From Candidatus Eiseniibacteriota bacterium (GTDB taxonomy: Bacteria; Eisenbacteria; RBG-16-71-46; CAIMUX01; VGJL01): a DNA stretch of 64,000 nt. The DNA lies in contig CAWBWI010000001.1 of NCBI GenBank assembly GCA_963792585.1, positions 1,760,001 to 1,824,000 of the forward strand, in the 5' to 3' direction. The notes below the pieces were generated by a model. The model ran no database searches. It worked only from the letters and a program-made list of their open reading frames with translations, and was not told the origin of the DNA. The translations under genes were made by a program, and so were the position numbers. This document shows positions 31,221-41,755 of this stretch, in pieces (the stretch's first letter is position 1; every line of letters begins with the position of its first letter).

Positions 31221-31850
31221 TCACAAGCTCTTGAAACCAGTCTCGCCTTTCGCCTCGCTGGGATACCGCGTATCGAACTCCTCCCGCGTCATCCCAAACC
31301 GCAGTTCGTCATAGTAATGGCCGCCGGTGTAAATGGCCCGACGAATGCGCCCCTCTTTTCGGCAACCGAGTTTGAGCAGCGAGCGGATCTCCGCGGCGTT
31401 CGTCTCGATGCAAGCAACGTTGTACTTCTGCATGCGCATTTCATGAAAGGCATAGAGCAAGAGAATCCCCTTGGCCTCGCCTGCGTAGCCCCGTCCTCGG
31501 TATCGACGGTGGATTAGGGTCCCCGTGCCGAAGGTGCCGTTCTTGCGATCGATGGAGTGGATGTTCGTGCCGCCCACGATCTGACCCCGGTGGGTCTCGA
31601 TGGTGAACATGATTCGCCTGTCCGCGTTGCTAAACTCGCCGAACTCCTCGGCCAACTTCCTGGCGGCCGCCGGTGACTTGGGCAAATCGATGCCATATGA
31701 CAGGGTGCGGACTGCCTCGCTGTCCTGCATCTCCAGTAGCCAGGACCCGAGATCCTCCAAGCGGAGGGCGCGAAGCCGTATGCGGGGTCCTCTCCAGAAG
31801 TAGGCGCCGGGTTTCTTCGTAGGCCTTGTTTCTTCTCGCTTCCGACTCAT
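31221..31850 (-). CDS. GNAT N-acetyltransferase (RimJ/RimL type)
   Basis: IRLRAL, YRGRGYA acetyl-CoA motif, 'N..IRSLLKLGCRKEGRIR...YYDELRFG'. Confidence 0.85.
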   Translation of the reverse strand: MSRKREETRPTKKPGAYFWRGPRIRLRALRLEDLGSWLLEMQDSEAVRTLSYGIDLPKSPAAARKLAEEFGEFSNADRRIMFTIETHRGQIVGGTNIHSIDRKNGTFGTGTLIHRRYRGRGYAGEAKGILLLYAFHEMRMQKYNVACIETNAAEIRSLLKLGCRKEGRIRRAIYTGGHYYDELRFGMTREEFDTRYPSEAKGETGFKSL

Positions 31851-31943
31851 GCGGGCCTCCTCCACAGTGCAAAGGCGACCAATGATGGGCATCTCCCGAA
31901 CGAGGTCGCCACAAGGTCGCTGGCAGCTCGCACGGGATCGGGA

Positions 31944-33398
31944 TCAGACGGCGGCATTGTCCGGCACCGCCGGAAGCTCGAGCGTGAAGCGCGCGCCTCC
32001 CGTGGCGCGGTTCTCGGCGATCAAGTCCCCACCGTGTTTGAGCGCGATTTGACGGGATCCCGAAAGTCCGAAGCCGTGGCCGCCCTTCTTGGTGGTGAAG
32101 CGCGGCCGGAAGATGCGCGGCAGCGCGTCGGCGGGGATCCCCGGTCCCGTGTCGCTTACCATCACCCACACCACGCGCCGGGCGCGGTCCCAACCGCTCT
32201 CGACGTGGATCCGCTTCTCGGCAAGGTTGAGAGCTTCGTTCATCGCATCGGCTGCGTTCACAAAGAGGTTCCCGAGTACGCGCTGGATCTGGACCGCATC
32301 GGCAAGGACGGGGGGCAAATCGTCGCCCGGAACGACGCTCCACTCCACGCCCTCCAACCGGGGCTGGTTGCGCACCGCGTCCACCACCTGGCGCAGAACC
32401 GCGTTCACGTCGACCCGCGCCAGCTTGGGCTCCGTGAGCTTGGCGTCTCGCAGATCGCGCGACATCTCGCCGGCCACCGCGGTCTGTTCGAGGATGATTC
32501 CGGCATTCTTGGCAACGTTGTCCCATACAGCACGTTCGGCGTCGCGCACCAGCATCTCGGCGCGGACGCTGATCGGCGTTATCACGTTGTTGAGGTCGTG
32601 GCCGATCTCGCGCGCCAGGTCCCCCATCTCGGCCGCCAGCTCGCTCTGGATTAGACGTTCCTGGGCCTCCTGCAGCGCCTCGTAAGCCTTGCGCAGCTCG
32701 AGGCGGCGCCGATCCGAGAGGTAGATCATGTACAGCGGCGCATAGAAGAGAGCGACCCCGAGGTAGCTGATGGCGTGATAGGCGATCACCATCAGTGGGC
32801 AAAGCAAGTAGGCCGCTGCGTCGTTCAGCAGCCGCTCGGTGTAGAACCAATCTTCACGCAGCGCGCGCAGATACGGGCGCCCGGCGGACCATGCGATCGG
32901 AATGCCCGCCAGCACGCGGTTCATCATGTGGTAACAGATCACGAGCGCGCCGACTGCGGGTGCGAGCCGCACGGCGGCGGCCCAGCGCGTGCCGGCCGGC
33001 AGCAGCGCGTCCAGTCCCCCGCCGGTGTTCGCGAGCAGCCCATAGAGCCAGCCGGCCACGGCGATCGTGAGCGCGATCTGGGCGCTGTTGAAAAGGGCGC
33101 GGATCCACGGCTTCCGCAGCAGAGTTTTTTCGGAGACCAGGGTACTCACGGCGGAGATCCAGACCGCCGGCGCGGTCCCCCAGAGCACCACGCTCGCCAG
33201 CGCGACGGTCGAGGAGAGGCTCCAGGTGCCGTGGCGGTCCGGAGCTTCGGTGGTCATGCTGTCGCCGATCAGGCACAGGACCGCCCACGCCAGGTAGTGC
33301 GGCCACCATGGGCCGGCCAGTGCCCGAGCAGTTGCGATCAGGATGACCGCCGCGGCCAGTCCGATTGCGATCAAGAAGACGCGCAGCTTGAGGCTCAC
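31944..33398 (-). CDS. Membrane-bound sensor histidine kinase
   Basis: About 6 TM segments; H-box EIGHDLNN, N-box NLFVNAADA, DTGPGI, FTTK, GHGFGL. Confidence 0.9.
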   Translation of the reverse strand: MSLKLRVFLIAIGLAAAVILIATARALAGPWWPHYLAWAVLCLIGDSMTTEAPDRHGTWSLSSTVALASVVLWGTAPAVWISAVSTLVSEKTLLRKPWIRALFNSAQIALTIAVAGWLYGLLANTGGGLDALLPAGTRWAAAVRLAPAVGALVICYHMMNRVLAGIPIAWSAGRPYLRALREDWFYTERLLNDAAAYLLCPLMVIAYHAISYLGVALFYAPLYMIYLSDRRRLELRKAYEALQEAQERLIQSELAAEMGDLAREIGHDLNNVITPISVRAEMLVRDAERAVWDNVAKNAGIILEQTAVAGEMSRDLRDAKLTEPKLARVDVNAVLRQVVDAVRNQPRLEGVEWSVVPGDDLPPVLADAVQIQRVLGNLFVNAADAMNEALNLAEKRIHVESGWDRARRVVWVMVSDTGPGIPADALPRIFRPRFTTKKGGHGFGLSGSRQIALKHGGDLIAENRATGGARFTLELPAVPDNAAV

Positions 33399-33928
33399 GC
33401 AGGAGTCCTTGTCCCTTCCACAAACACCTTCCTGATGGCAGAACTGCGCACGGGTCTCGCTCCGCCCTCAAGACCGTAGCCTTGTGCACTCGATGATATG
33501 CCGATCGGGTCTTGGATTCGAGTGCCTGGGTTTGCACCGAGTGGGACCAAATCCAACTCCGAAATGGGGGAAGCCTCCAGGCAATCCGGACCGCAACTTC
33601 GAGGCGTGGGCCATGGGCCAGCGCACCGGTCTCTGACTGTCTTGAAGTTTCCGGCAAGCCCGCTCACCTAGGGGGCTCCCGATGGTGAGGCGCGACGTGT
33701 CCGAAGTGCCGAGATCAAGGTGGGAACAACGGTGAAAGGAGTGATGGAGAGACTATCGCGGAACTGAAGTTAACCTCGAGTCAGGCAACGTGGACGAGGT
33801 ATTTGGAAGGGACGAGGAGTGCGACCCTGCGTCATGGGTTGCCTTCGCAACACCCAAGATGCCTTCCGCTGTGCGGTCTGGACGATGGTTGATCATGGGT
33901 CCTGAAGCGGTGCGTTCAGCGCGATCGT

Positions 33929-34786
33929 TCAGTCTCTCGCATATGGAAGGGACGGCTGAGGGTCTATTGGATGCTGCGCGAGAGAAGGGGCAGATCCCTT
34001 CGGATTACCCATCTGATGGCATCCTAGACACAGATCGTACTTCGAATCGAATCGGACGAGCGCGTCCTTAGCCGTCTCCGTCAAGTCGTGGCAGGTGAGA
34101 CACTCGATCTTCCCGTCGATCAGGCGGATCCTCGGATCGAGGGGATTGCGCATCTCAATCAAGCCCCCGTTTGAACCGAGCTGCACATCGATTCCGAACG
34201 GATGGGTCGCCTCCACATGGAACTGGGGCGGCGTAGTGGTGAGCGACACCTGCAAGAACTCCGATCGCCCCCCTTGGGATGGTGAGTGACAGTCGAGGCA
34301 AACGTCGGACGGCGGCACGGCATCGGACTCTTCGTGATCCGAGTGATAGTAGGCCGCCGCCGCGCGGTGACCCTCCGAGATCCGCGACACGTCCTTGCCC
34401 GCAACGTGGCATGCGGCGCACTCCTCGTAACGCACCACGTGAAAGCGGGCGTCTTTCGCCCGCACGACCTTCGGGTCGTGGAAGGTATGGCAATCGATGC
34501 AAGAGCGGCCCGGCGTGTGGAAGGCCTGCAGAACGCGATCCCCTCCGGTCGATCCCTCGGAGTGGCACGAGGTGCAGATCATGGCAGGGGACGCGGCGAA
34601 ACTTGCGGTCCCTCCGGCATGGCAACGGGAGCAGCTGACCGACTCGTGCGCGGCACCGCCGGACGCGGCGGGAAGATCGGCGTGGTTGGCCGCGCCTGCC
34701 GCCGCCGACGGGGCTCCTACCGGAGCAAGTAACGCGACGAGGAACCACGGCAGCACTGCCGAGGAGAGCCGAGGAGGGTGTTGCAT
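33929..34786 (-). CDS. Periplasmic multiheme cytochrome c (7 CXXCH)
   Basis: CSRCH, CTSCH, CIDCH, CAACH, CLDCH, CLTCH, CLGCH; signal peptide; ends in a doubled-CXXCH-type unit. Confidence 0.88.
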   Translation of the reverse strand: MQHPPRLSSAVLPWFLVALLAPVGAPSAAAGAANHADLPAASGGAAHESVSCSRCHAGGTASFAASPAMICTSCHSEGSTGGDRVLQAFHTPGRSCIDCHTFHDPKVVRAKDARFHVVRYEECAACHVAGKDVSRISEGHRAAAAYYHSDHEESDAVPPSDVCLDCHSPSQGGRSEFLQVSLTTTPPQFHVEATHPFGIDVQLGSNGGLIEMRNPLDPRIRLIDGKIECLTCHDLTETAKDALVRFDSKYDLCLGCHQMGNPKGSAPSLAQHPIDPQPSLPYARD

Positions 34787-35411
34787 CCGGTCTTCCTTTC
34801 ACAGTCGCCGGCACGCGTTCCACGCCCTCGAGGAGCTTGAGAGGGCCCACTCAAGGGAAACGACCGAGCGCACCGTTGGCCCCGGGGGATGGGTGCAACA
34901 AATGTTCCAGCAGCTGGAATCACCGCAAACGCGCACAGCGCAAGGGGAATCACGCTCCGGGTGATCCTGCGGTGTGCAAAATGCCCTATCCCGCTACTCC
35001 GCCATCGCAACTTGCGCTATCGGGAGGGGCCATCCCTAGGCCGCGGTGCGGGATCCCGGAGGGACTTCGTTGGGTGGGTCACGAACTCCATGCTCTCGCT
35101 CAGTTGTCGGGATGAGGGCTGACCGGGCGTCCATGGCCGAGACCAACCTCTGTGCCCGCCGTTCCCGCCTTCGTTCCCCTGGGGCAGTCCATGCTTTGTC
35201 CCCCGCGATCCCTCCGCTCAAGCAGCCACGCTGGGCATGTGCGGATCGCATCAGCGCCAACCGTGAGGACGGCAGTCCGAAAGTTGTCTCGGGGGTCTAT
35301 AGCGGGTCCGGCGCTACGTGCAAGCCTGGCAACGCGGACGAGGTATATGGAAGGAATGGGATTCTCTTCGATGGTCGATACACAGTCTCCATGGCTCCCT
35401 GGATCGCGCGC

Positions 35412-35849
35412 CTATCCACCGAGGAGACGAAGTCGCTCCGTCCGGATTTGAGCGTACTCAACGTCGAGGTTGTGGAGCGCCGTGGCCGCAACTCCACTCC
35501 CCTCTCGCGCGAGTCCCAGAAGGAGATAATCTGTACCGATGGACCCCGCCCCAAGCCTTTCGGATTCCTCAATGGCAAGTTCGAGGCCGCGCAGTGCATT
35601 TACGGTGAACCGATTGTCATCAACAACGGACGGTTCCCTCAGCTGCGCCATCACAATTGCGACTTCCTGATCGATCATGCCGTAGTCCAGCCCCCGGTTA
35701 TCCAAGATCGCTTTTGCTAACCCATCTTCACTGGCTATGGCCAGGAGGAGATGACCTGTACCGACAGACTGGTGTCGTAGGCGGCCAGCAATCGCCTCCG
35801 CCCTATGAATCTCCTTCAGCATCCGTTGACTGAATTCAGGACGTGGCAC
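35412..35849 (-). CDS. Stand-alone Clp N-terminal repeat domain protein
   Basis: Two repeats 'HQSVGTGHLLLAI' and 'GSIGTDYLLLGLAREGSGVA'; no AAA+ domain. Start approximate (GTG). Confidence 0.75.
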   Translation of the reverse strand: MPRPEFSQRMLKEIHRAEAIAGRLRHQSVGTGHLLLAIASEDGLAKAILDNRGLDYGMIDQEVAIVMAQLREPSVVDDNRFTVNALRGLELAIEESERLGAGSIGTDYLLLGLAREGSGVAATALHNLDVEYAQIRTERLRLLGG

Positions 35850-35968
35850 TGGGAACCCCCACCGTACTACGGGTGTCAGGACCACCCAACTCCGCCTCGA
35901 ACCCATGTTACCGCAGTGTGAAACCGTTGCCGACTGCGTACCTGACCGGATCCATGCCTGAGGCGGTC

Positions 35969-36778
35969 CTATGTTCCATGGGACCCGGGGCATGCATCGA
36001 GAAGATCGAGCGCACGGTTGATCGCGCCTACAATGCTGCCCAGGAGTCGCTCCCTTTCCGGACGCAACAAGGACACCAGTTCCGGGTCGATCAGATCAGC
36101 TCCGCTGGGTTCGCGTCGGCCTTGACACAGGTGGACGATCTTCTGCAGTGTTTCTTTCCCCCCCGTCTCGGCTGGCCACCAGCGAGGCCCCTTGTCTTTG
36201 CCCATGGCAATCTCCTTGGGCAAGAACCAGTTCCATACAAAGGGTTGCGCCGCGAGAGGGTGGACGACTCCTGTGAGCTCCGCTGCTCCGACCCGAGCAA
36301 CCTCGGGGGGAATCCGGTACACCTCGCCAGCTATGGTCGAGAAGATCGGCAACCGCGGGCCGCCATCTGAATCGTACGAGAGATGGCCAAATCGCGATCT
36401 GTATTCCTTGGTCGTCATCCAAGTGTAGTGAAATGGCACACCGTCCTCTGTACGTTCCTCGTGATGCAACTCTCCGTCAGGCCGGAGGATGCAATCATGG
36501 CCAGAGAGTGGATCAACGAAGAATCGGAAGGTCACACCAGGCCGCAGGAGGGGTAGGTGCTTGTACCAGCTGTGCGCCTCGGAGACGAACCGAGCGAAGC
36601 TCTCGATCTGCTCCGCGGTGGGTCTTGGTAAGCCAGAGACGGCACCACGATAGTCTGAAAGAGAACACGGTGGAATACTCGATAGCCAGGCACAGATCTC
36701 GCCGCAGAAGCGCGTCTCGCCAACCCGAATCCCATCATCAAAGAAAAGCATCCCGTTGCAATAGGCGCAGAGTTCCAT
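35969..36778 (-). CDS. Hypothetical protein
   Basis: 269-aa ORF with N-terminal CxxC...CxxxC; GGAG upstream; protein-like composition. Confidence 0.55.
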   Translation of the reverse strand: MELCAYCNGMLFFDDGIRVGETRFCGEICAWLSSIPPCSLSDYRGAVSGLPRPTAEQIESFARFVSEAHSWYKHLPLLRPGVTFRFFVDPLSGHDCILRPDGELHHEERTEDGVPFHYTWMTTKEYRSRFGHLSYDSDGGPRLPIFSTIAGEVYRIPPEVARVGAAELTGVVHPLAAQPFVWNWFLPKEIAMGKDKGPRWWPAETGGKETLQKIVHLCQGRREPSGADLIDPELVSLLRPERERLLGSIVGAINRALDLLDACPGSHGT

Positions 36779-36947
36779 CGACCGCTCCAGTCCGCTTGAA
36801 CGCGAGCCCGAAGGTGCAGCACCATCTACGTGCCGCGCGGATGCATGTTACGCCCTGCGACCGACTGTGCCTAGAACCGGCCTTCGAGTTGCTCGTCGCC
36901 TGGCGACTATGGAGGCGATGGGTCCTTGCGGACCACTCCGTCACCCG

Positions 36948-36970
36948 CACGGGGCCGGCCCGGCCCCGTG
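36948..36970 (-). terminator. 10-bp hairpin directly after the methyltransferase stop
   Basis: CACGGGGCCG-GCC-CGGCCCCGTG. Confidence 0.45.
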
Positions 36971-36972
36971 GC

Positions 36973-37806
36973 CTACTTGATCCCGATGACGTACCCCAGC
37001 CAGCCGGCGATGTTCTCGAAGTAGGTCCGGCGGCGATAGACGTTGTCCGCCTCGTTCTTCCTGTCATCCCACCCGTCGACGTAGACCTCGACGGAGCGGA
37101 AGCCGACCTCGTGCATCAGCTCTTGCAGTTCCGGTAGCATCCAGAGTCGCCAGTCGTAGCGGAAGGCATTGCGGATCTCCGGTCCATTTTTCGGGCGGAA
37201 GTGGATCTTGCAGAGAAGGCTGTGGTCGACCGGATTGAAGCGGGCCTGTTCCCAGATGTAGGTGAATGCCGGGACGGTCGTCCCGTCGAGCCGGACGGAT
37301 GCCGGGATCTCTCGCTCCTCCACCAGTTCGGTGACGGCCTCGGTCCCGCCGAAGATGTCGACCACGAAGATCCCGTCCTCGGTCAGGGTTCGGTAGGCGT
37401 TCTCGAAGTAGGTGCGGAGTCGCTCCCGCGTCTTGAAGACCTGATAGGAGTAATTGAAGGCGACGATCGCCTCGACCTTCGGCTCACTGACGTGCAGGAC
37501 GTCATCGCAGATCAGGCGCAGGCGATGCACTTCGTTGCCGAGCCGCGGCAGGTGGTTCTTGATACCCCAGTCGAGGGTGGCGCGGTGAAGATCGACGCCG
37601 ATGGCGAGGTTGCCGGGGGCGCGCTGGATCCAATCGACGGCGAGCGCAGCGGTGCCGCAGAAATCTTCCCGCAGGAAGAGCGGAAGCCGCCCTCGCTTGG
37701 CCTTGAAGATCCTGCTGACCAGATCGAGTTCGAAATCGGTGGACTGGACGGACGCCTCATAGAGGACGTGCCGATCGATCGCCGCGGTCTTCTTCCCCGT
37801 CTTCAT
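36973..37806 (-). CDS. Class I SAM-dependent methyltransferase
   Basis: LYEASVQ, LREDFCGTA, IGVDL, AFNYSY, YIWEQ, YDWRLW motifs. Confidence 0.85.
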   Translation of the reverse strand: MKTGKKTAAIDRHVLYEASVQSTDFELDLVSRIFKAKRGRLPLFLREDFCGTAALAVDWIQRAPGNLAIGVDLHRATLDWGIKNHLPRLGNEVHRLRLICDDVLHVSEPKVEAIVAFNYSYQVFKTRERLRTYFENAYRTLTEDGIFVVDIFGGTEAVTELVEEREIPASVRLDGTTVPAFTYIWEQARFNPVDHSLLCKIHFRPKNGPEIRNAFRYDWRLWMLPELQELMHEVGFRSVEVYVDGWDDRKNEADNVYRRRTYFENIAGWLGYVIGIK

Positions 37807-37881
37807 CCCTTCCCCTCCCTCGGACAACCGGCATCATACGGCGACCGATCTGGATTCCCCACGGAAATCAACGGCCCGGTC

Positions 37882-37890
37882 TGGTATAAT
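37882..37890 (+). promoter_or_regulatory. Extended -10 promoter element for the C25 gene
   Basis: TGGTATAAT (TGn-TATAAT) about 55 nt upstream of ATG 37946 in an AT-richer intergenic region. Confidence 0.55.
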
Positions 37891-37945
37891 TGAACGGGGT
37901 CTGAAAGTGTGCATTTGGATGCGGTTAACTAATAGGAGTGAACCG

Positions 37946-40900
37946 ATGTTGGATCGCAGCGGGTCGCGTCGCGGTGAAGGATCATGGTTCATCGGGTACG
38001 CAGCAGTCCTCATCTGCTGCCTGACCGCGGGGGGAGCGGGTAGGAGCGAGGCGGCGCGGATCCGCTTGACGGCCGACTTCGGACCGCCGAGCGTTCGCAC
38101 CGTCGAGACGGGTGCCGGCATCGTCGAGATGGCAGGATGCGTCCCTCTCGGCGCGCCCGGAAACCCTCTCCTGCCGGCCCGCAAGATGATCGTCCTCTTG
38201 CCTCCGGGTGAGAAGGTCCTCGAGGTCCGGATGAGCGCCTCGCCGGAACGGGCCCTCGACGGTTCGTGGCAGGTAACGTGGGCCCAGACCCCGCAACCCA
38301 TGAGCCTCCCGGCTCCCTTCGTCCAGACGCCGCCGAACCCGGCCGTTTACGAGAGCGACGCACCGTTTCCCGCGGAACGCGGGCGCCTGATCACCGAGGA
38401 AACGCTTTCGGGCCATCGGATCGCCTTCCTCCAGCTCTACCCGGTGCTCTACCGAGCGGCATCGGGATATCTCTCCTGGTCGGACCACATCGCGGTCGAG
38501 GTCGTGACCGCGCCGATCGACGGCGTCAATCCCTCCCGGATTGCAAACTTCCGGCAGACGGCGGAGGTGAACGGGCGGATCGCGGCGCTGGTCGACAACC
38601 CTGAGGCTCTCTCGCTCTACGGACGCGCGGCGCCCGCCGGCAACGCGGGTACCCGCCTCGACGCAGGTTCCTACCCTTACGTCATCATCACGACCGCCGA
38701 GATGGCGGAGGCCTACCAGGCGCTTGCCCTCTTCGAGGCGAGTCGCGGGATGCACACGAAGATCGTCCTGCTCGATGAGATCACGACCGATTATCCGGGC
38801 GTCGATGCGGCGGAGCAGCTCCGCAACTTCGTGATCGATGCCTATCAGACCTGGGGTGTCGAGTACATCATGCTCGGCGGCGACTCGAACATGATTCCCG
38901 TCCGCAATCTCTATTGCGACGCGGGCGGGACGATCGATTCGTTCCCCGGCGATTGCTACTACGAGGCGCTGGACGGGACCTGGGACGACGATCGCGACGG
39001 AGTCTGGGGCGAACCGGAGGAGGCGGATCTCGCCGGGGAACTCGCCGTCGGCAGGATCACCGCGCGCAACGCGGCCGATCTGAACAACTGGCTCCACAAG
39101 AACGAGATGTACACCGATCGGCCGGTCGTCGCCGAGATCCAGAAAGCCCTCTTCATGGGCGAACGGATGGACGACGTGCCGACCTACTCCGGCATCTACA
39201 TGGACGATGTGAAGGACTATTGCTGCGATTGGGGCTACTGCACCTCCGGCTACCCGAACTCCTACCTGAAGCAGACGCTCTACGATTCCCCGACATACAC
39301 CTGGGGTCCGGCCGACGCGATCGCGATGTTCAACTCCGGATTCCCGACGAGCCACCACCTCGGTCACTCGAACACGACGTACGGGATGAAGATGTCGAAC
39401 CCCGACGCCCTGTCCTTCACGAACGACGGCGTCACGCACAGCTACGTCTTCATGTCCACCCAGGGGTGCTACTCGAACAACTTCGACAACGCCGATACTC
39501 CCTCGATCTCCGAGGCCTTCGTCCTGGACGACCACTGCGCGGTCGCCTTCCTCGGCTGCACGCGCTACGGCTGGTACTGCCCCGGCTACGACATCGGTCC
39601 CTCGCAGCACTACGACCGGCAGCAGGTCGACGCGCGCTACGGTGAGGGGCTCGTCACCGCAGGGTGGGCAAATGTCGACTCGAAGATCGATAACATCTGG
39701 CAGATGGACCCGTGGAATCGCTGGTGTCACTACGAAATCTGCCTTCTCGGCGACCCGGCGATGCCGCAGTGGAACATCCTGCAGGGACAGCTCGTCGTCA
39801 CGCACGATGCGGGCTACGTGATGGGCCAAGGGGCGATGACCGTGACGGTGACCTGTGACGGCCAGCCCGTGGCAGGCGCCACGGTCTCGATCTATAGCGA
39901 CGATCTCGACGCGTGGGCGAGCGCCGTCTCCGACGCGCAGGGAATCGTGACCCTCGATCCGGCTCCGGTCGATCCGTTCCCGCTCCGCGTCAAGGCCGTC
40001 AAGACCGACTACCTGCCGGGCACGGGCGACATCGCCGTCGATCCTGGCATGCAGGCCTGGCTCGAGTGGGATGCCACGACTCTGGACGACAACATGACGG
40101 GCCCGAGCATCGGCGACGCCGACGGGATGGCGGACCGCGGCGAGACGGCCCAGTTCATGGTCCGCCTGCGGAACATCGGCCACGTCGCGGCGCAGAACGT
40201 GATCGCCCTCATCGCAACGGACGATCCGCGGGTGGAGATCCTCGACCCGACCGGCTCCTACGGCGTGATCGACGGAATGGGGTATCAAACGAATGCGGAT
40301 GACATCCTGGTCCGCGTGACCGACGCGATCGCGGACGGCGACGTCATCCCCTTCAGCGTGCGCATGACCTGCGACAACCGGCGCGAGTGGACGGGCGCCT
40401 TCAACGTCACGCTCCATGCGCCGATCTTCTCGCTGGCTTCCTGGTCGATCGACGACACGGCCGAAGGTGACGGCGACGGCAAGATCGAGCCGGGCGAGCG
40501 CTTCGCGATCCGTGTTTCGATCGGAAACTCGGGCTCCGACCAGGGACGCGACATTCAGGCGCAGCTTTCCAGCACCGACCCGAATCTAACGATTCTCTCC
40601 GGCACGGCCGGGCATCCCTCGATTCCGGCGGGCGGCGGCGCCGACCTCGCGCCCTTGTTCCAAGGACTGCTCGAGCCTCCCGCGCCGACCGAGTCGTTCG
40701 TTCCCTTCGCGATCGCGATCACGACCTGGTGCGGCCAGACGTTCGAGGCATCCTTCGAGGCCCGCGTGCAGTCCTACGTCGAGGAGCCTCTTGAGGTCGA
40801 GTCCGGATGGACCGTCGGCGTACCCGGCGACAATGCGACGCAGGGAGCCTGGGTCCGCGTCGACCCGAACGGGACCTGGCGGTCGGGGAATCCCGTTCAG

Positions 40901-41647
40901 CCTGAGGACGACCACTCCCCCGACGGAGCGGCCTGCTTCGTCACCGGACAGGGCGCCGTCGGCGGCACCGCGAACTATAGCGATGTCGATGCGGGCACGA
41001 CGACGCTGACATCGCCGACGTTCGACACCCGCGGATCGGTCAACCCGAAGCTCGTCTACTGGCGGTGGTATACGAACAACCTCGCCCAGTTCCCAAACCT
41101 GGATACGTGGCAGGTCGACATCTCGAGCGACGGCGGCGCGAGCTGGATCTCCCTCGAATCGACGACCGCCAGCAACAACAGCTGGGTGCGGATGGAGTTC
41201 AATCTCGACGGGCTCATCCAGAAGTCGGCCAACGTGAAGCTGCGGTTCATCGCGAGCGACCTCGGCTATGACTCCCTCGTCGAGGCGGCGATCGACGATC
41301 TCTCGATCGAGAATCAGCCGCTGCCGATGGATGCGGGTGAGGGCGCGGCGCCGCTGGTCTTCGCGCTTCACCGTATCTCTCCGAATCCGTGCGTATCGGC
41401 CCGCGGGGGAATCACGATCGGATACGACCTGCCCAAGGCGGGCGCCGTCTCGTTGCGGGTCTATGACGTCACCGGAGCGCTGGCCCGCACTCTCGTCGAA
41501 GGGGCCGGCACCGCGGGGAGCGCCTCGGTCGCGTGGGACGGGCGTGACGATGCCGGTCGCGCCGTTCCGGCCGGGGTTTACTTCGCCCGCTTGCGCGGGC
41601 CCGGGGGCGAGGCGGTGCGCAAGGTGACGATCCTCTCCGCGCGGTAG
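37946..41647 (+). CDS. C25 (gingipain-like) cysteine peptidase with propeptide, Ig-like domains and FlgD-Ig C-terminal domain
   Basis: Propeptide 'GAPGNPLLP', YVIIT, YIMLGGD, LAVGRI, catalytic HLGHS and QGCYSNNFD, LLGDPAM; C-terminal YDVTGALAR...WDG...GVY; AGGAG RBS. Confidence 0.9.
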   Translation: MLDRSGSRRGEGSWFIGYAAVLICCLTAGGAGRSEAARIRLTADFGPPSVRTVETGAGIVEMAGCVPLGAPGNPLLPARKMIVLLPPGEKVLEVRMSASPERALDGSWQVTWAQTPQPMSLPAPFVQTPPNPAVYESDAPFPAERGRLITEETLSGHRIAFLQLYPVLYRAASGYLSWSDHIAVEVVTAPIDGVNPSRIANFRQTAEVNGRIAALVDNPEALSLYGRAAPAGNAGTRLDAGSYPYVIITTAEMAEAYQALALFEASRGMHTKIVLLDEITTDYPGVDAAEQLRNFVIDAYQTWGVEYIMLGGDSNMIPVRNLYCDAGGTIDSFPGDCYYEALDGTWDDDRDGVWGEPEEADLAGELAVGRITARNAADLNNWLHKNEMYTDRPVVAEIQKALFMGERMDDVPTYSGIYMDDVKDYCCDWGYCTSGYPNSYLKQTLYDSPTYTWGPADAIAMFNSGFPTSHHLGHSNTTYGMKMSNPDALSFTNDGVTHSYVFMSTQGCYSNNFDNADTPSISEAFVLDDHCAVAFLGCTRYGWYCPGYDIGPSQHYDRQQVDARYGEGLVTAGWANVDSKIDNIWQMDPWNRWCHYEICLLGDPAMPQWNILQGQLVVTHDAGYVMGQGAMTVTVTCDGQPVAGATVSIYSDDLDAWASAVSDAQGIVTLDPAPVDPFPLRVKAVKTDYLPGTGDIAVDPGMQAWLEWDATTLDDNMTGPSIGDADGMADRGETAQFMVRLRNIGHVAAQNVIALIATDDPRVEILDPTGSYGVIDGMGYQTNADDILVRVTDAIADGDVIPFSVRMTCDNRREWTGAFNVTLHAPIFSLASWSIDDTAEGDGDGKIEPGERFAIRVSIGNSGSDQGRDIQAQLSSTDPNLTILSGTAGHPSIPAGGGADLAPLFQGLLEPPAPTESFVPFAIAITTWCGQTFEASFEARVQSYVEEPLEVESGWTVGVPGDNATQGAWVRVDPNGTWRSGNPVQPEDDHSPDGAACFVTGQGAVGGTANYSDVDAGTTTLTSPTFDTRGSVNPKLVYWRWYTNNLAQFPNLDTWQVDISSDGGASWISLESTTASNNSWVRMEFNLDGLIQKSANVKLRFIASDLGYDSLVEAAIDDLSIENQPLPMDAGEGAAPLVFALHRISPNPCVSARGGITIGYDLPKAGAVSLRVYDVTGALARTLVEGAGTAGSASVAWDGRDDAGRAVPAGVYFARLRGPGGEAVRKVTILSAR

Positions 41648-41668
41648 GATCGAATCGGGTTCCATGAC

Positions 41669-41707
41669 GGTCGGGCCGTGGGGCGCCTTGCGCCTTGCGG
41701 CCCGACC
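41669..41707 (+). terminator. Long GC hairpin downstream of the C25 gene
   Basis: GGTCGGGCCGTGGGGCGC-CTT-GCGCCTTGCGGCCCGACC (18-bp stem with G-U pairs). Confidence 0.45.
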
Positions 41708-41755
41708 CCGTTCGGCGGTAAAATCGGTTGCCGACCGAACCGACAGGAGGTCCTC

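Noticed and set aside
35860..36900. Integron attC-like cassette boundaries around the two small genes
   Set aside because: Only weak shared words (CATGTTAC, CGACTG), no clear RYYYAAC/GTTRRRY paired structure, and no integrase in the window.
37982..40417. 811-aa minus-strand ORF and similar long Arg/Pro-rich overlapping ORFs across the window
   Set aside because: Shadow frames of well-supported genes, with no motifs.
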